Of a stretch of DNA of 54,877 nt, positions 23,882 through 36,875 are shown one piece after another (within the stretch, counting starts at the first letter, position 1; each line of letters opens with the position of its first letter). Origin of the DNA: Perkinsus olseni (taxonomy: Eukaryota). The notes below the pieces were generated by a model, which saw only the letters and a list, made by a program, of their open reading frames with translations, was not told the origin of the DNA and searched no databases. The stretch spans positions 1 to 54,877 of the forward strand of contig JABANN010000192.1 of the NCBI GenBank assembly GCA_013115125.1, written 5' to 3'. The position numbers and the translations under genes are program-made.

Positions 23882-25115
23882 ATGCCTTCGGCACAGTTCC
23901 CGCGCAAGTACGATCGTGTCTATAACTTCAGTGCTGGTCCTTGCTGCTTCCCCGTTGAGGTGAGTTGGGGGTCTGTGTGCCGTCTTGAGTGTAGTAGGAT
24001 GATCACTTGGTTGGCTAGGTCCTCGAGCAAGCCCGAGACGAGATGCTCAACTGGCACGGGTGTGGTATGTCCGTGATGGAGATGAGCCATCGTGGAAAGG
24101 AGTACACTTCTATTATCGAGGCGGCCGAAGCCGACCTCCGTGAGATCTTGAACATCCCCGACAACTTCAAGGTCATCTTCTACCAAGGCGGTGCCACCTT
24201 GCAGTTCGCTGGTATCCCCTTCAACATGATGGGTGAGGGAAAGAAGGCTGATTACATTGTAAGTTCACCGTGTCCAGTAAATTCCCTATTCGACTGGTCG
24301 CTTCTTAGGTGACAGGCCAATGGAGTGAGAAGGCCGCTAAGGAAGCTGCCAAGTACGGCGATGTGAATATCGTTGCCAACACCAAGCCCGAGAAGTTCAC
24401 TCGTGTCCCTCGTATGTCCGAGTATAAGGATAAGCTCAGTTCCGATGCGAGTTACGTGTATTATTGCATGAACGAGACCGTTAACGGTGTGGAGTTCGAC
24501 TATGTCCCCGATGTTGGTGACAAGCCGCTCGTCTGCGATATGAGTAGCAACTTCATGTCGAGGCCCATCGATTTCTCTAAGTACGCTGTTGTTTACGCCG
24601 GTGCTCAGAAGAATCTTGGCCCTGCTGGTGTTACGGTTGTGATTGTTGATGAGAAGTACTTGGGTAATGAGATGCCCATGACCCCTGCCTACTTAAACTG
24701 GGCCACTATGGCTAAGGCTGGTTCCATGTATAACACTCCTGCGTGCTATGCTATTTACATGACTGGTTTGTATCTCAAGTACACCAAGGCCCACGGTGGA
24801 CTCAAGCATTGGGATGATCTCGCTGAGAAGAAGTCTGGTCTACTTTACAAGGCCATCGAGGATAGTAACGGTTTTTACAACGCTCCTGTTGAGAAGAACG
24901 TTCGCTCTCGTATGAACGTCCCCTTCGTAATCAAGGATAATGATGATGACCTGAAGAAGAAGTTCCTCGCTGAGGCTAAGGAGGTCGGCCTTGTCACTCT
25001 GTCTGGTCACAGGAGTGTCGGAGGTCTCCGAGCCAGTCTCTACAACGGTATGCCTTTGGAGGGTGTACAGCATCTCGTCGACTTCATGCAGAAGTTCTAT
25101 AACGAGAACCAGTAA
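23882..25115 (+). CDS. serC: Phosphoserine aminotransferase, copy 2 (2 introns)
   Basis: Near-identical to copy 1; FPVE versus FPDE is the only amino acid difference noticed. Confidence 0.97.
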
Positions 25116-25505
25116 ACTCTATGCTCGTCGAGCTAAGGCTTCTCAAACGCGATTTCGTTCGCGAACTTTATGATCGAGATGAGATCAAGAGTAGTGGTTG
25201 CGACCTTTGGTGTATGCGTGTGTCAAGATAACTGTATAGCCACTAGGTCTGTTGCTGTCCTTTAATCATTGCAGTCAGCGGTAAGCTGTTCATTTTCTAT
25301 TACGGTTAGTGAATTTCATGTTGTGATGAGGGATGAAGCGGTAGCGATCGCCTTGCGTGAGGGAGTGGGCTGGCCGCTGCTGAGGATAGGAAGAATTACT
25401 CGTTACCGCGGCTCGTCGACTAGGGGTGGTTGTTCGCTCGAAATATGAGTAATAAGCGTAAGAATACTGGCACCGAGGAATCTCGACGGAAGCGGCAAAG
25501 AGGAG

Positions 25506-27922
25506 ATGGCAAACCTAGGTTTTTGGAGGAGCCAGAGGTTTATGTGAAGGATGGCATGCGGTTCGTCAAGCCCTACAGGTGAGCTCCCCAGTGCAACCTG
25601 AGGTTCCGGACCTCAACGCCCAAAGCGTGGTCGCTTAGTAGCAGTTTTCTTGCTCCTCAGATTCGAGTTCCGATGCTATGTCAAAAGAAGATGGTTGGGC
25701 AGAACATTGCTCGATATATGTACTCCTCACTCAGGAGTCCTGACTCTGCTCCTTCGTTGAGGTACTCAGGTGCTCAGGTAAAGCAGAATTCATGGCCCAG
25801 CCTCCAGAGTATTACGAGAATGCAATTAAGGAGGGGAAGATCACAATCGACTTGAGTAAGACATGGTTGTTGCAAAAGATGTTCCGTGTACTTGACATAT
25901 GTATCTGAATAAAATTTGATGGATCATAGCGCCTCCGACTCCCTGCGGCGCAGGGCCTGCACGTATTCACAGTGACGTTGGCAACGGCCCAGTTACGGCT
26001 TGAGCTTCTACTCCCACACTGTTGCGGCTTTCTCCGAGCAACATGTGCAGAACGTCAATAGCATCTGCGCTGATTCTGTTCAGCTTTTCTTCAACGACTT
26101 GGTGGAGATTGCAGACACCTCATCTTTCTGCAGGGTCATTCAGCCTGTCGGAAGCACGGTGTCTCCAGCGGACAATTCGAAGGCCGATGAGCCCTTCGAA
26201 GCAGCCGTCAACGACTTCTGTGTCGCCTTTACTGCGTACTTTGAAGATGAATAGAGAGTAGTTCCTGTGTGCTGCATCAAAGCGTGCGTCGGAAGACTGC
26301 GATCCGAGACTTCCAACGCGGCAGAATATTCCGCGCGCAGGTCACGGACGAGAGCAACGCTCAGATGTCCTGGTAAACCCGTTACTGTAATCCCGACAGT
26401 GCAAAGGAGGACTCTTAACGTTCCGTGGTAGTTCTTTCATCAGCGTGATGGGTTTATGTTCATCGCATTTGATCCGGATACTGAAGCAGTAGTACTGCTG
26501 CAGTACTTATTTAGAGTACTAAGGGCAGGAGCTGTGGTGGAGTAACCGTGCGACCGATTCCATCAAAAGTATATCTACGGTCTTGAGTTCCATGAAGACG
26601 CTGTCGCTAATATCGTCAGGAAAATGTCGCGCCAACATGGCGGGCCACTTGTCATCGGAATACTCTACGAAACTCGAAGCTTCATTTCTTGGGGATATTA
26701 GGGGATTCCTTCTGAGGGTTGGGGAAAATTCTCTCGCGTTACCGATTGGTATGTGGTTTTCAGACAAGGTGGAGCCTGACCACGTCCTGCAGGGCAATGA
26801 ACTTCTCATACACGAGACCGTCGTTCACGAGAATCCCGTGCCTTTCGATGGTGAACTGAAGATCATCGGTGAGACGGACGAAGTTGTCGCTGTAGACAAG
26901 CCCTCCGGTGTAAGTGGCACGTGAAAAATCTTTCAGCGCATCATTAGTGTGCTTCCACAGATGCCTGTGCACCAAGGCGGCGGTCATAGAGTGAATTGCT
27001 TGGTAGAGATACTCAAGAAGCAGGAGCCTTCAAGGTAGGATAGAAAATATGCAGCACGACAGTTGGCGTTATGGATCTTTACAGGTTCACTTTTGCCGTT
27101 CATACCCTCCACCGACTCGACCGCCTAACATCCGGTATTGTCATCCTAGGGAAGAATCCGGACGTGGCTCGAGCTTTCAGTAAAGCCCCTCCTCCCTCTC
27201 ATCATCTGGAATCATCTGCCCTTCCAATGCAGGCGCGGCCTTCCAGAAGCATGACCAGGAGATCCAGAAGTGCTACTTGGCTAGAGTAAAAGGCAATTTT
27301 GAAGGTGGAGCGGCTAAACTTGTGAGCTTTCCTATTTTTTCTTGCTAGGTTCTGATGTCGTCGTCGAGGGCTACATGCGCTGCGTTGACTTCAGAGTTGG
27401 AAAGTTTATCCTCGTCGACTCCGCCGATGAAGCAGTCTCTAAGGATAGAAGCAAGGACGATGCTTCGGCTACTACACCTTCCGAGAACACTGATAGCGTC
27501 GAGGAGAAGAAGGAGCAAGTCGAAGACAAGTGGAGCCAGACTAGGTTCGAGAAGGTGTGGTACGACGAGAAAAACGACGAGACAATTGTCAAGTGTTACC
27601 CCAAGACTGGCAGGACGCACCAGATTAGAGTACGTATTCTTTCGTGCCCACCGCGTCAATTTTTCCACTGCAGGTTCATCTCGAGTCCATTGGCCATCCG
27701 ATCGCCAATGATAGCTGCTATGGTGGCGAGTATAAGGCTGATCATCCTTTCGCCTTTCCCTTGGCGCCTCACGCTAACGATGCTCCTCCAAGGGAGGGTT
27801 CAGCTTACTCTCACATAACTGGGATTTGGCTTCACGCTCTCTCTTACAAAGTGCCGAGCAGGAACCTCGACTTTACCAGTAATTGGCCCCAATGGGCGAT
27901 CGAGCCAACTCAACAGTCGTAA
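25506..27922 (+). CDS. RluA-family pseudouridine synthase (RPUSD2/Rib2-like)
   Basis: GMRFVKPY, KRRWLGRTLLDI, YYENAIKEG, VVHENPV, VDKPSG.PVH, catalytic HRLDRLTSG, PKTGRTHQIRVHL, GHPIANDSCY, IWLHALSY; 908 nt intron 25856-26763. Confidence 0.92.
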
Positions 27923-28117
27923 CTTACGACTAAGGTCCAACGTTACTCTTGCGAGATCTCTTTTGCGTTATCGAGTGTCACACCGGGCCTCACAGAGGCC
28001 TTAATGAGGCTGCCTCATGAAGAAGTCAATTTATTGGGCGAATGCTAGGTGATGGTCTCCCTGTGAGGCGCACATGATTGCAAGAGGGGACCTCTTCACG
28101 ATTTCTCCCATTACAGT

Positions 28118-28716
28118 TCATTGCCTTCGCGTGCCTAACCTCGACTCGAACACAAGACACCACAGGATTGGGCTATCATCTTGACTCAGCGGTTCGATGA
28201 AGCAGATATACAGCAATATCCATATACAACCGCCGACCAAGCACGACAGGGCACTCTGCCCATATACATCAATGAATCGGACGCTGAACCTGCCCCGTAC
28301 AAAGAAAGAGAAAGAAAGAAAAAAAATCGGCGTGTTGGGCACACTCGCCACAGTAACTGGTCTGAGCGTCACAGTATGCGTGGAACTAATGGTCACAGCG
28401 CGCACAAGAGTCCTGCAATGCGCTGACATCTGCTGCTAGCTGAGACCGACCGAGTTGTGTGCCAAACACGACATAGGGGACGAGCAAGGTGAGGTAACGA
28501 CGCCGGCTCGAACTGTACCTCCAAGCACAAGTGCTTTCCAATTCATGCCGACAAGGTTTATACGGCGCGGCGGCAAGTGTAGGGGATAGGTATCCCGGAT
28601 AGCGATGGACCATAGCGAATGAGATGTAGAACAACACCAACACATACCAGCGCACAAGTGATAACGCTTAGTCCAGCCAACTCTTTTCGCTATGTCCTCG
28701 CGATCGCTAGACATTC
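28118..28716 (-). CDS. Possible small membrane protein
   Basis: Hydrophobic exon-like segments (VLVLFYISFAMV; ALSCLVGGCIWILLYICFI) and GT/AG signals on the minus strand; model not resolved. Confidence 0.25.
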
Positions 28717-28884
28717 GTGACCAAGCAATGGCGGGCCGCCATTGGCGGCACTCGCTCGGAGCTGAGGTTCGCAAGCTCAGCAAATTCAAAGGAAATTATT
28801 CGGGGTGCTAAAACTGCCGCAACTCAACGCGAAAAATGAGAAATCTGATTCCCAAGATCAAACTGACGATCATGATTACAGCCT

Positions 28885-31800
28885 CTACAGCTTGTGCTGT
28901 GGGCCAATCGATTTATACAGTGTCACCACCGCTGCTCCTCCGAGCCCGAAGTTATGCTGGAGCCCTATTCTGGCGCCGGGGACCTGACTAGGAATTCTGC
29001 CGTGTTGAGGTTAGCGCGGTTACCATCTACCTGTCTCTTTCCCGCCGTTCTCGTGAGCTGTCGATGAAGTTCGACACACTGAGCTACTCCAGTCGCTGCT
29101 ATTGGATGGCCTTTGGATTCAAGTCCCCCCGAGGGGTTGATGACGACCCTCGACCCCAAAGCCGTACGTTGTTCACAGTATCTGAAGAAGAGCAAGTGCA
29201 GAACATCTGTACTGTCTCTCGCAACATTGCTGCACTTAAGGAGTTAAACTAGCTTACTTCCCGCCTTCCTGGTTCTCCCGCCAAGACATGCCTTCAACCA
29301 TTTTCAAGCCCCCACCTTCGCGACAGAAGCCGAGTGCTTCATATCTAGAACGAGAGCTCAAACTTAGCAGCTAAGTTGGTCTAGCTGTCCGAAGAAGAGG
29401 TCGATTGCAGTGACGTGCAGGTGAACTGCAGTCATTTCGACTCACAGCAAAAGCTCATTGATCGAGAAGCAGTCGTGTAGCTCAACCACCTGAAGAGAAC
29501 CATTTCGAGCGGCTGCTCCTGCGAGGCATGTGTCACGTTGACGTCTTTGGCAGCTATTCCTGATTCCTTGTAGCAGGTCTTCGCAGCCTTCCTGGCCATC
29601 TCAAGGCCGCAGAGTCCAGCATAACTGTGAAGATGCTGATATGATCCCGGTAACCGCTGGATAACCCTACGTGTCGCCAAAGCTAGAGGGGAGGTCAGTG
29701 ACCATACTCTGGGCACAAACCTCAGTGGCGCGGCCAGTCTGAATAAACCTGAAGAGCACAAGAAACTGCGGAGTTCCACTTTGTTCTCAAGGAAGGCGTC
29801 AATCGCCCCCCCCCTCCCAGACTCACTCGTGGGAGCGGTACCAGCGCTCTGAACATATAATGATGGCCGCCGCGCCATCAGCTGTAGGAGCCTGAGGGCA
29901 GTTGCATGCTGGCGTCGTGAAGTGTCGGAATTAGGGAATTTAGTGGCTGTGAGGCTTGTGCCCGTCGACTTTACAAAGGGAGCCCTCAATGAACCCGACG
30001 GCACTATCGAGAGGAACTCTACACGAGGACTACGGGAGTTGAGTGGGAACTGCTTAGCTGTTCGCAATGTGATCTTCGCACATGGTCCGTGCTGCAGTAC
30101 ATAGTTCTCATTTGTTATTTTTGCCTTCTTTTCACGGTCACGCTCTTGCTTCATATACGCTGAGCGTTAAGGAATCAAGTGGATGCCCCCAGCGAGAAAA
30201 TGTGGAAATGATCCGTGCCCGGAGCCTCCCGTGATTCAAAGTAACCTGAATCTCATTTCGTGAGTACTCGAAGACAAAAGTCGGAGGGGTCCCCTCGCCG
30301 CCATGCAGAAAGACGTTCGCTTCCAAAGGAGAGTCGACGGTACCCTTCTGAACTTTGGTGCATCATTAACGGTGAACATATTCATACGTTGACGGTCAAC
30401 GGTTGACCCTATTAAATATTCCGGAAAAATGCAGTGTGTTCAAATACTCAATGGGTACGCCGATGTGAGAGGTTTTTTGTTTATAACATCGAGCGCTCTG
30501 TAGAGGAAGCCGATAGGAGCGATAACAGAGATAAACCATAACGAGAATATGAGATGATCCCCGCGATGAGGTGATTGAAGCCACTCGCGCATTGCAAATT
30601 CGACTGTTCGGAGTGGGGCGGTAGTTGGCACAATTTGCGACTCACATAACAAGAACAGGGTCTGAGTCTGAAGTATACACGCTTGATTCCCGGACATGTG
30701 GAGAATTTCCTGTAGTAGTGACAGTTTCTCAACATTCTGCATGCAACTCAAATTGAGTTACTCAATTGCCGGCTATGCCGCTCCAAGTGAGTTATCCTGC
30801 TCGGTATCCTCGTGGCGAGATTCTCAGGCTGAGAATCTCAGCGTGTGATACCTCAGGTCCAGTCCGAATCGCCCCGAAGCTCGGTCCGAGCCGTTCAGCG
30901 CTGCTGCCAAGTTCGAACGATGCAACAGTAAGCGGGAGATCCTCGGAATGACGGTCAGGGCATTATCTCCCATGCGACATTTTAAACGCCGCATTGATTG
31001 TACAACTGTGGCACTACGAAATCCGAAATCGGCATCCACGTCCTGATGACGCTTCAGGAGAATTTCCAATTTTCAATCGCTAGGTGAATCACCGAGTTCA
31101 AGATCGGACAGAAAAGCATGACCATAAAGACCGCGCAAGCTGCGAGTCGCATTACGAGGCTCGAGCCTCGCGGTGGATGACTCAGTATCACGACCGGCGA
31201 ATCGCCGGCGGCGATCCCGCCCAGCTTGTGAATTTTCGATACTCTTACAGACATGGGCTCAGATATTGATCCACAGAACGGCCGTCGAAGAACTTTCTCT
31301 CTCGTTGTAGCGCTTCTGATGCACCTGAGCACCATCTCTACTGAGGATCCTCTAGACAGAGGATGCCACGCCTGCGAGTCCCATGAAAGCCTAATCATTC
31401 GTTAGCTGATGACGCCGCTCACGCATCTGGATTTTGTGTGCCATGGGCTCTATTCTTAACAGTGATATCCGCCAAGTATCGGCAAAACTTCTCACGATCC
31501 TCAGCGCAATGTCTCTCAGCGTACCTGCAGTGGAGCTGCCGATCTGATAGGCTATCAGTCACAGTGACTGATAGCCACAATGACGTGAAATAGTGATTAT
31601 TTCAGGTACTCCAACCTTGTTCGAGACTCAAGGGTCGCCAGTTGATATCACTCTAACTCGGAGTGATATCAGACTGATATTATCAGCGATAGTTATTGAT
31701 GCTCATGTTACCATACGAGAGAATCGCGCCACTTCTAGGATGAATGATTCCGCGGGATGAGATTGATCGATCGAATGAGACGGAATACGCGCGGGGCTCA

Positions 31801-32804
31801 GTGTGACAAACCCCAGTGTGTTATTAATTGTCAGGAGCACATGATGACTGCTCAGGATGGACATCATCACGGAAGGACGATATCAACGCCTGCTAGAATC
31901 TGCTGTGAGCCCTAACACTCACTCGTCCGCCGCACCAGCGAACATCCTGCAGACATCTGACGTCCATTGATTCATGCCAGGTTTTATCAACTCCGTCGGG
32001 CTACCTAGCTTATGTACATGCTTCAGCTGAGGGAGGGGTCCAATCAGCAGACTTCTTGACAATGACTTCCTACCTGAGGGCCCACTGGATTCTCTCTATC
32101 TGTGTATTTCGACTCGCTCAGGCCGCGTTCCATCTGCTCCATTCCAAGAACGAGGCAGACATCCCCTGTAAGAAAAACCGTACGGGAAATTTCTCAAGGG
32201 GCTGTCCCATAGCAGCAGCGACGGTAGCTCACCGCAGATCCCAGCTTTGAGGAGACTCCGGCCGAGGAAGACACCGCAACTGCCGGCTGAACAGTTAACG
32301 TTGGTATTGATAATCTGCGTACAAAGCATATCCAGAGACATCCATACTGAAAAACCTACCGGAATTCCCGTGAGGCCCATTTCATAGAGAGCCCGATGAC
32401 CAGCGGCCGTATCGCCGTAGTTCCACCTGAATAGAAGCCACTTTTAGATCATAGGGTTAATCCCGAGGGTAACAGAGCCTGACAATCACCTCGCCCCTAC
32501 GACTGCGACTCGATTGGTAAACCGAAGGAGCGCAATGAACAGTACAGCCACGCGAGGAGCGTCTTCAGCTCGTGGGTTCGGGTGTCCTTCTTACGCGGCG
32601 ACAGCGACGGTTATATCCTCATACTTGAGACCAGCATCTTCCAGTGCTTTAGTGCACGCTATGCGAGCGTACTCCGTGTAATCGAGACTGAGAACGCCAC
32701 CATGTATTCATGTTGCTCTCTGACTCTCACCAGTCTTTGGATTTTGGCATCCTGAAGGGGCACACTCCTCCGCCGATGACGTATACTTTGTTGGCACTCG
32801 ACAT
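28885..32804 (-). CDS. SCPx-type (sterol carrier protein X) thiolase, thiolase domain only, C-terminal HKL
   Basis: [96 protein letters not shown]...PQHKL*. Confidence 0.9.
31550..31686. repeat. Cluster of perfect short inverted repeats in a thiolase intron
   Basis: GGCTATCAGTCAC-A-GTGACTGATAGCC (31550-31576), TGATATCACTC-7nt-GAGTGATATCA (31643-31671), CTGATA-T-TATCAG (31674-31686). Confidence 0.8.
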
Positions 32805-33158
32805 GTTGAAAAAAACTGCAGGAGTCGTCCCAAGATCTCCGCCAGCTCGGGAAGCACGCAAAGTTCTGGCCCTTAAACGAATTGATCCATCAGCGGCTCA
32901 TGTTGGAGTGTTCGGTGGCGTCTTCTCAATTCTGGCCCTGACGAAAAAAAGGATGTGACAAATATCAAGCAGGGGGAGGCTACTAGGAGTGGGTGTTGTA
33001 CCCGAACTACACGGCAGGCTCAAGCGAACCAGAGGAAAACGGCAGTTGATTTGAAGTCACAATCGTCGACCGACTAGGTCGGTATGATGAGAATACGATG
33101 CTACCGCCAGGACCGTTTACCAAAGTTGATGTGAACCACCTAGGCGTCACCGCAAAGG

Positions 33159-33653
33159 TTACCTTGTCTGAAAGATGGCTTTCCATTTCACTACTCCCAA
33201 GGCCTCATGCACTTGGCTCGTGTAAGCTTCTTTGCTGTTGACATCGGAGAAGTACGGCACTCGTTTATCTGATCCAAGAAACTCGAACGAGAACAGGAGA
33301 GGACAGTTACCAGTTGGCCTGAAGACTAGCAAATGCTTCTTCAGCGGCTCCATCCTTCCCTCGAGAACGTGGTGCCCGAGGACTATCTCCGGGTTTCCCT
33401 GGCTCAACCACTCTTTCGGGAGAGCCGGAGGATGCCTACCGCAGCATTGAGGGTTAGATTTCCGAGGACCTTCCCATCGAACCTCCCGTCCGGTGACCGT
33501 ATCGAACCCTGAAAAGCCGAGAGCTGCGTCCGGATCGTTCAATCGTTGGCGGTTCGTCACCACCTGCAGTTCTATGAGGAAGTAACTGTCCGTGAAGGCG
33601 CCGCCCGCTGCAGGGAGCATCACACATGCCATAGCGGCGAGATGGACAACCAA
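33159..33653 (-). CDS. Hypothetical protein, possible signal peptide
   Basis: 164 aa open frame with hydrophobic N-terminus, ending at a GT donor-like site; no family recognised. Confidence 0.35.
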   Translation of the reverse strand: MVVHLAAMACVMLPAAGGAFTDSYFLIELQVVTNRQRLNDPDAALGFSGFDTVTGREVRWEGPRKSNPQCCGRHPPALPKEWLSQGNPEIVLGHHVLEGRMEPLKKHLLVFRPTGNCPLLFSFEFLGSDKRVPYFSDVNSKEAYTSQVHEALGVVKWKAIFQTR

Positions 33654-33842
33654 CTAGGGAAGTCTAGTGCAGGCATATCAGTAAACCAAAAAATCCGCCA
33701 TTCAACTTGCTAAACATTCGCCCAGAATCTGCAAAGCCCCACAAAGTGGTCACTCTCGAAAAGCGTTTAAGAGAGGCAGTCAGAGGTAGGACGGACGGTG
33801 ACGGTGACACCAAGACTCAGAGAATCTCGCTGTTGCTGTAAC

Positions 33843-34523
33843 TCAACATCTACTTCGCGTTGAGAAGCAGCATGACTCCAGCATACACCGTGGATGACCA
33901 TGGCCTACATTATCACTTCGCATAGGGGTCGGGGGAGTACCGGGTTTGTGTTGGAGAGAGGTAAGAGTAGGCGGATCTCGGTCGGGCTGGTCGAGGCCCC
34001 AGCCTGCTCGAGGCTGAGCCATCGGAATGCCGTCACGCCGCAGACCCTTACCCTGAGGTACATCGGCTGAATGGCGAGATAGTTGTGTCAAAGGCGGCGA
34101 CCGTTCCTGGCATCGGAGCTGCTGGCGTCACGACCATACATTGGTTTTGGCGCTGCCTGGGTTTCTCTGGCGTGGAGACGACGGAAGCCCTCCCTGACAC
34201 CAGAGGAAATCATGCAACCAACCTCAGGACTTCTGAGCACCCGAGCTCCAACAGCGGCCGGCAGATTGTGGCCTCGATAGTCGAGTCGTAGGAGCCACGA
34301 CCGTCCGCGGCGGAGGGCGATACTCTACCCTACCGCCGAGCGGTGATACTGAGAGACATCCGTAATGCGATAGGGAACCGTACGGCTCTGGACCGCTGCA
34401 CGTACCTTCCATGGACCCTTGCTCGAGCGATCCATTCTTCCGGCTCTGTCGAATGTCTTCAATGAGCTTCTGCATGTACGCGTCGCGATTGGCCATCCGC
34501 TCTGTGCGAGTGCGCAAGTCCAT
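33843..34523 (-). CDS. Hypothetical protein
   Basis: MDLRTRTERMANRDAYMQKLIEDIRQSRK exon with downstream GT-AG introns; limits uncertain. Confidence 0.3.
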
Positions 34524-36040
34524 GGTTATTCGAGGGGACTGCTGGCCGGCAATGGCAGGCCCCAGGCGCTGTCGACCGAGAGTCTGCGTGTAGTTAGGCG
34601 TTGCGCCAGGGATGCGTGATTGAGCAAGAAAGCTCGAATTGACTGCTGGGCCCTCCGCGGATGACTCGAGAGGGATGGTTAGCATGCCAGACAATAACCC
34701 TACATTGTAGAACATGTTACTAGATACCAGCAGTGGTTCGCTGCGCGCTTCACAACGATCCGAACCGCAAAGGACTAGCTCGCACGCGCAACTACATGCT
34801 CCCTTGACTCAACGGCATCGGCCACGACAAACGGGAATCTTGCAGCGATTCTTCTCGGAGGCGTGACAATCTCGCGAGTGGATTCGCCAGGAAGCTTCGA
34901 CACGCTACCGATTTGAATGGCTCTCCAGGCGTGGGACGGCTAGTTGGCCGTTTCAAAAAGCTGTGAATCAGCCTCTCGTACCGCCTGCTCAGGTCTCCTG
35001 GAACGCACAGGAGTATTTCGTATAAATACTCCTCGCGATAGTCCGAGGAGACAGCCGTGCACACAAAATACGTTTGTGCGTGCGTGCATACCACTCCTTC
35101 CACAAATCGCAGACCAAGAAGTCGGTACAGCGCCAAAATACTGTTGCACGACTTCTGAGGACTGTAAGAGGCTCAAGCAGCTCGCTCTCGTGGGGCGGAG
35201 CAGCTCACTGCACGTCTTCTGAGGACTGTAAAGCTCCAGGGCCTTCCTAAGTGGGGGTTCCACAGCAAAATTTCTGGTAGCGGTGACGTAGCGCAAACAG
35301 AGCAATAGCGCTGTCACCAATTTCTAAGAACAACTGCGGACGAGGGTATGAGGACGATACTCATTCTTATGATACAGAAATAAGAAGTGAGTGCTTGCAC
35401 ACGGTGAGTGTAGTTGCAATCTCCGGTGTAAGCATGTAAAGAAGCCGACCGCTCGACTGGATGAAAAGTGGCTGCCTGCTTACGAAACACGCCTGCGTGC
35501 ATACCACATTTCCGACAACTTCTGAGAACACGAGCACACTCGGGGCCTGTCAATGCTAACACAGTGGTCACCTCACCGCGAATCAATCTTTCGCCTTTTA
35601 CTAAAGATTGCCGTGTTGTGACTGCACATTCTGTGAAGTCTAACAATTTTTGCGGAGCCTCGCGCTCCAACTCTAAGCAAGACCTATGCTCATACCGTAT
35701 CGTGGAGTAAGGTGGTTGACAATGCTTGTCCCCAACTCACAGTACACTGTTCGAGATGGCGCAATCCTTACTGCGGCTCTTCCTTTCCTCGTCTTCCATC
35801 CCTCGGCTTGTCGCTTCACCATACCACAAGATTCCATCCGTGGGCTTCTTGCTTGGTTCGGCTTCACCGCACCATGCCTCCTAGGAACATACGAAGGAGA
35901 CCGGCTAGACTCAGCAAAACTCAGATGGACCATCCCTGTCACGGCAAGCCCCGATTGACCCTAAACGCAGCACGGTGGTACAGAAGGAACTTATGGGGCA
36001 ATAATGAACCGACAAGAGCGGTATTAACAGGGAACACTAT

Positions 36041-36762
36041 CTAATCCTTCTTTTTGTCATTCTGACGTCTCTTCTCCTGAACAGCGGCCCAGTCATGCTT
36101 CTCCTCCTGATACCTGAGACGACCATGCGGTACGGCGAGTGAACCCCGAGGTTGTGCTTACGCATAGAAAGCGTACAGTGCCATGATGATGTTGGCCGAG
36201 ATGACCGCGCTGATTCCTGAGTAACTCAGCACCTAAAGACGGCGAGTGGCGGCTTCGATGCACGGCAACCTCCTCACCTTGTTATTGTCGGTAATACCGA
36301 GGCCGGGCAATGCAGATTGCACGGCGAAGAACACTCCTACGGGTATGACGAACATGGCTATTGCAGTGAGGGCGAAGGGAATAGCAACGGCTCTGTTCTC
36401 CTCGTGTGACAACAAACCAAAGAGGGTGTACCTGCATCATCAGGGTTTAATCTCCGACAAAACATAGGCACAGCCTCTTGCAGGTACGACAAAACCGCGG
36501 ACGCCAGGTATGGTCGCGACGAGAAGGACCTCCCTTCGTACTTGGGACCCTGCGGCTGCTCGTCAGCCCCTTCCTCTGTCTTCTGACCCGTCTTCTCAGG
36601 TTGCTTCCGGCCCTTCTCCTTTTCTGTAGTCTTGGCGCCCTTGCCCGAGGGAAGAGGCGGCAGCTCGGTGCTCTCAGTTGGTACCGGCTCCGACGCCACT
36701 GGCTTCTCCTCCGTCGTCGAGGCGGCCGCAGAAGTCTTCTTGTTGGCTTGCTTTCTGGCCAT
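36041..36762 (-). CDS. VMA21: VMA21-like V-ATPase assembly factor
   Basis: Two TM segments (FALTAIAMFVIPVGVFFAV; SGISAVISANIIMALYAFYAYQEE) and dilysine ER-retrieval end DKKKD*. Confidence 0.75.
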
Positions 36763-36875
36763 CTTAGAAACAATCAGGGTATTTGTAAACTACAAAAAGG
36801 AAACAACTTCCAACCAGACAAGTTCGCACCTCGAACATCACAACAAGTCGCATTAGCAGAAACTCCTCCACCTAT

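Noticed and set aside
31797-31870. Minus-strand GTGATGA...CTGA in a thiolase intron
   Set aside because: No recognisable rRNA guide or terminal stem.
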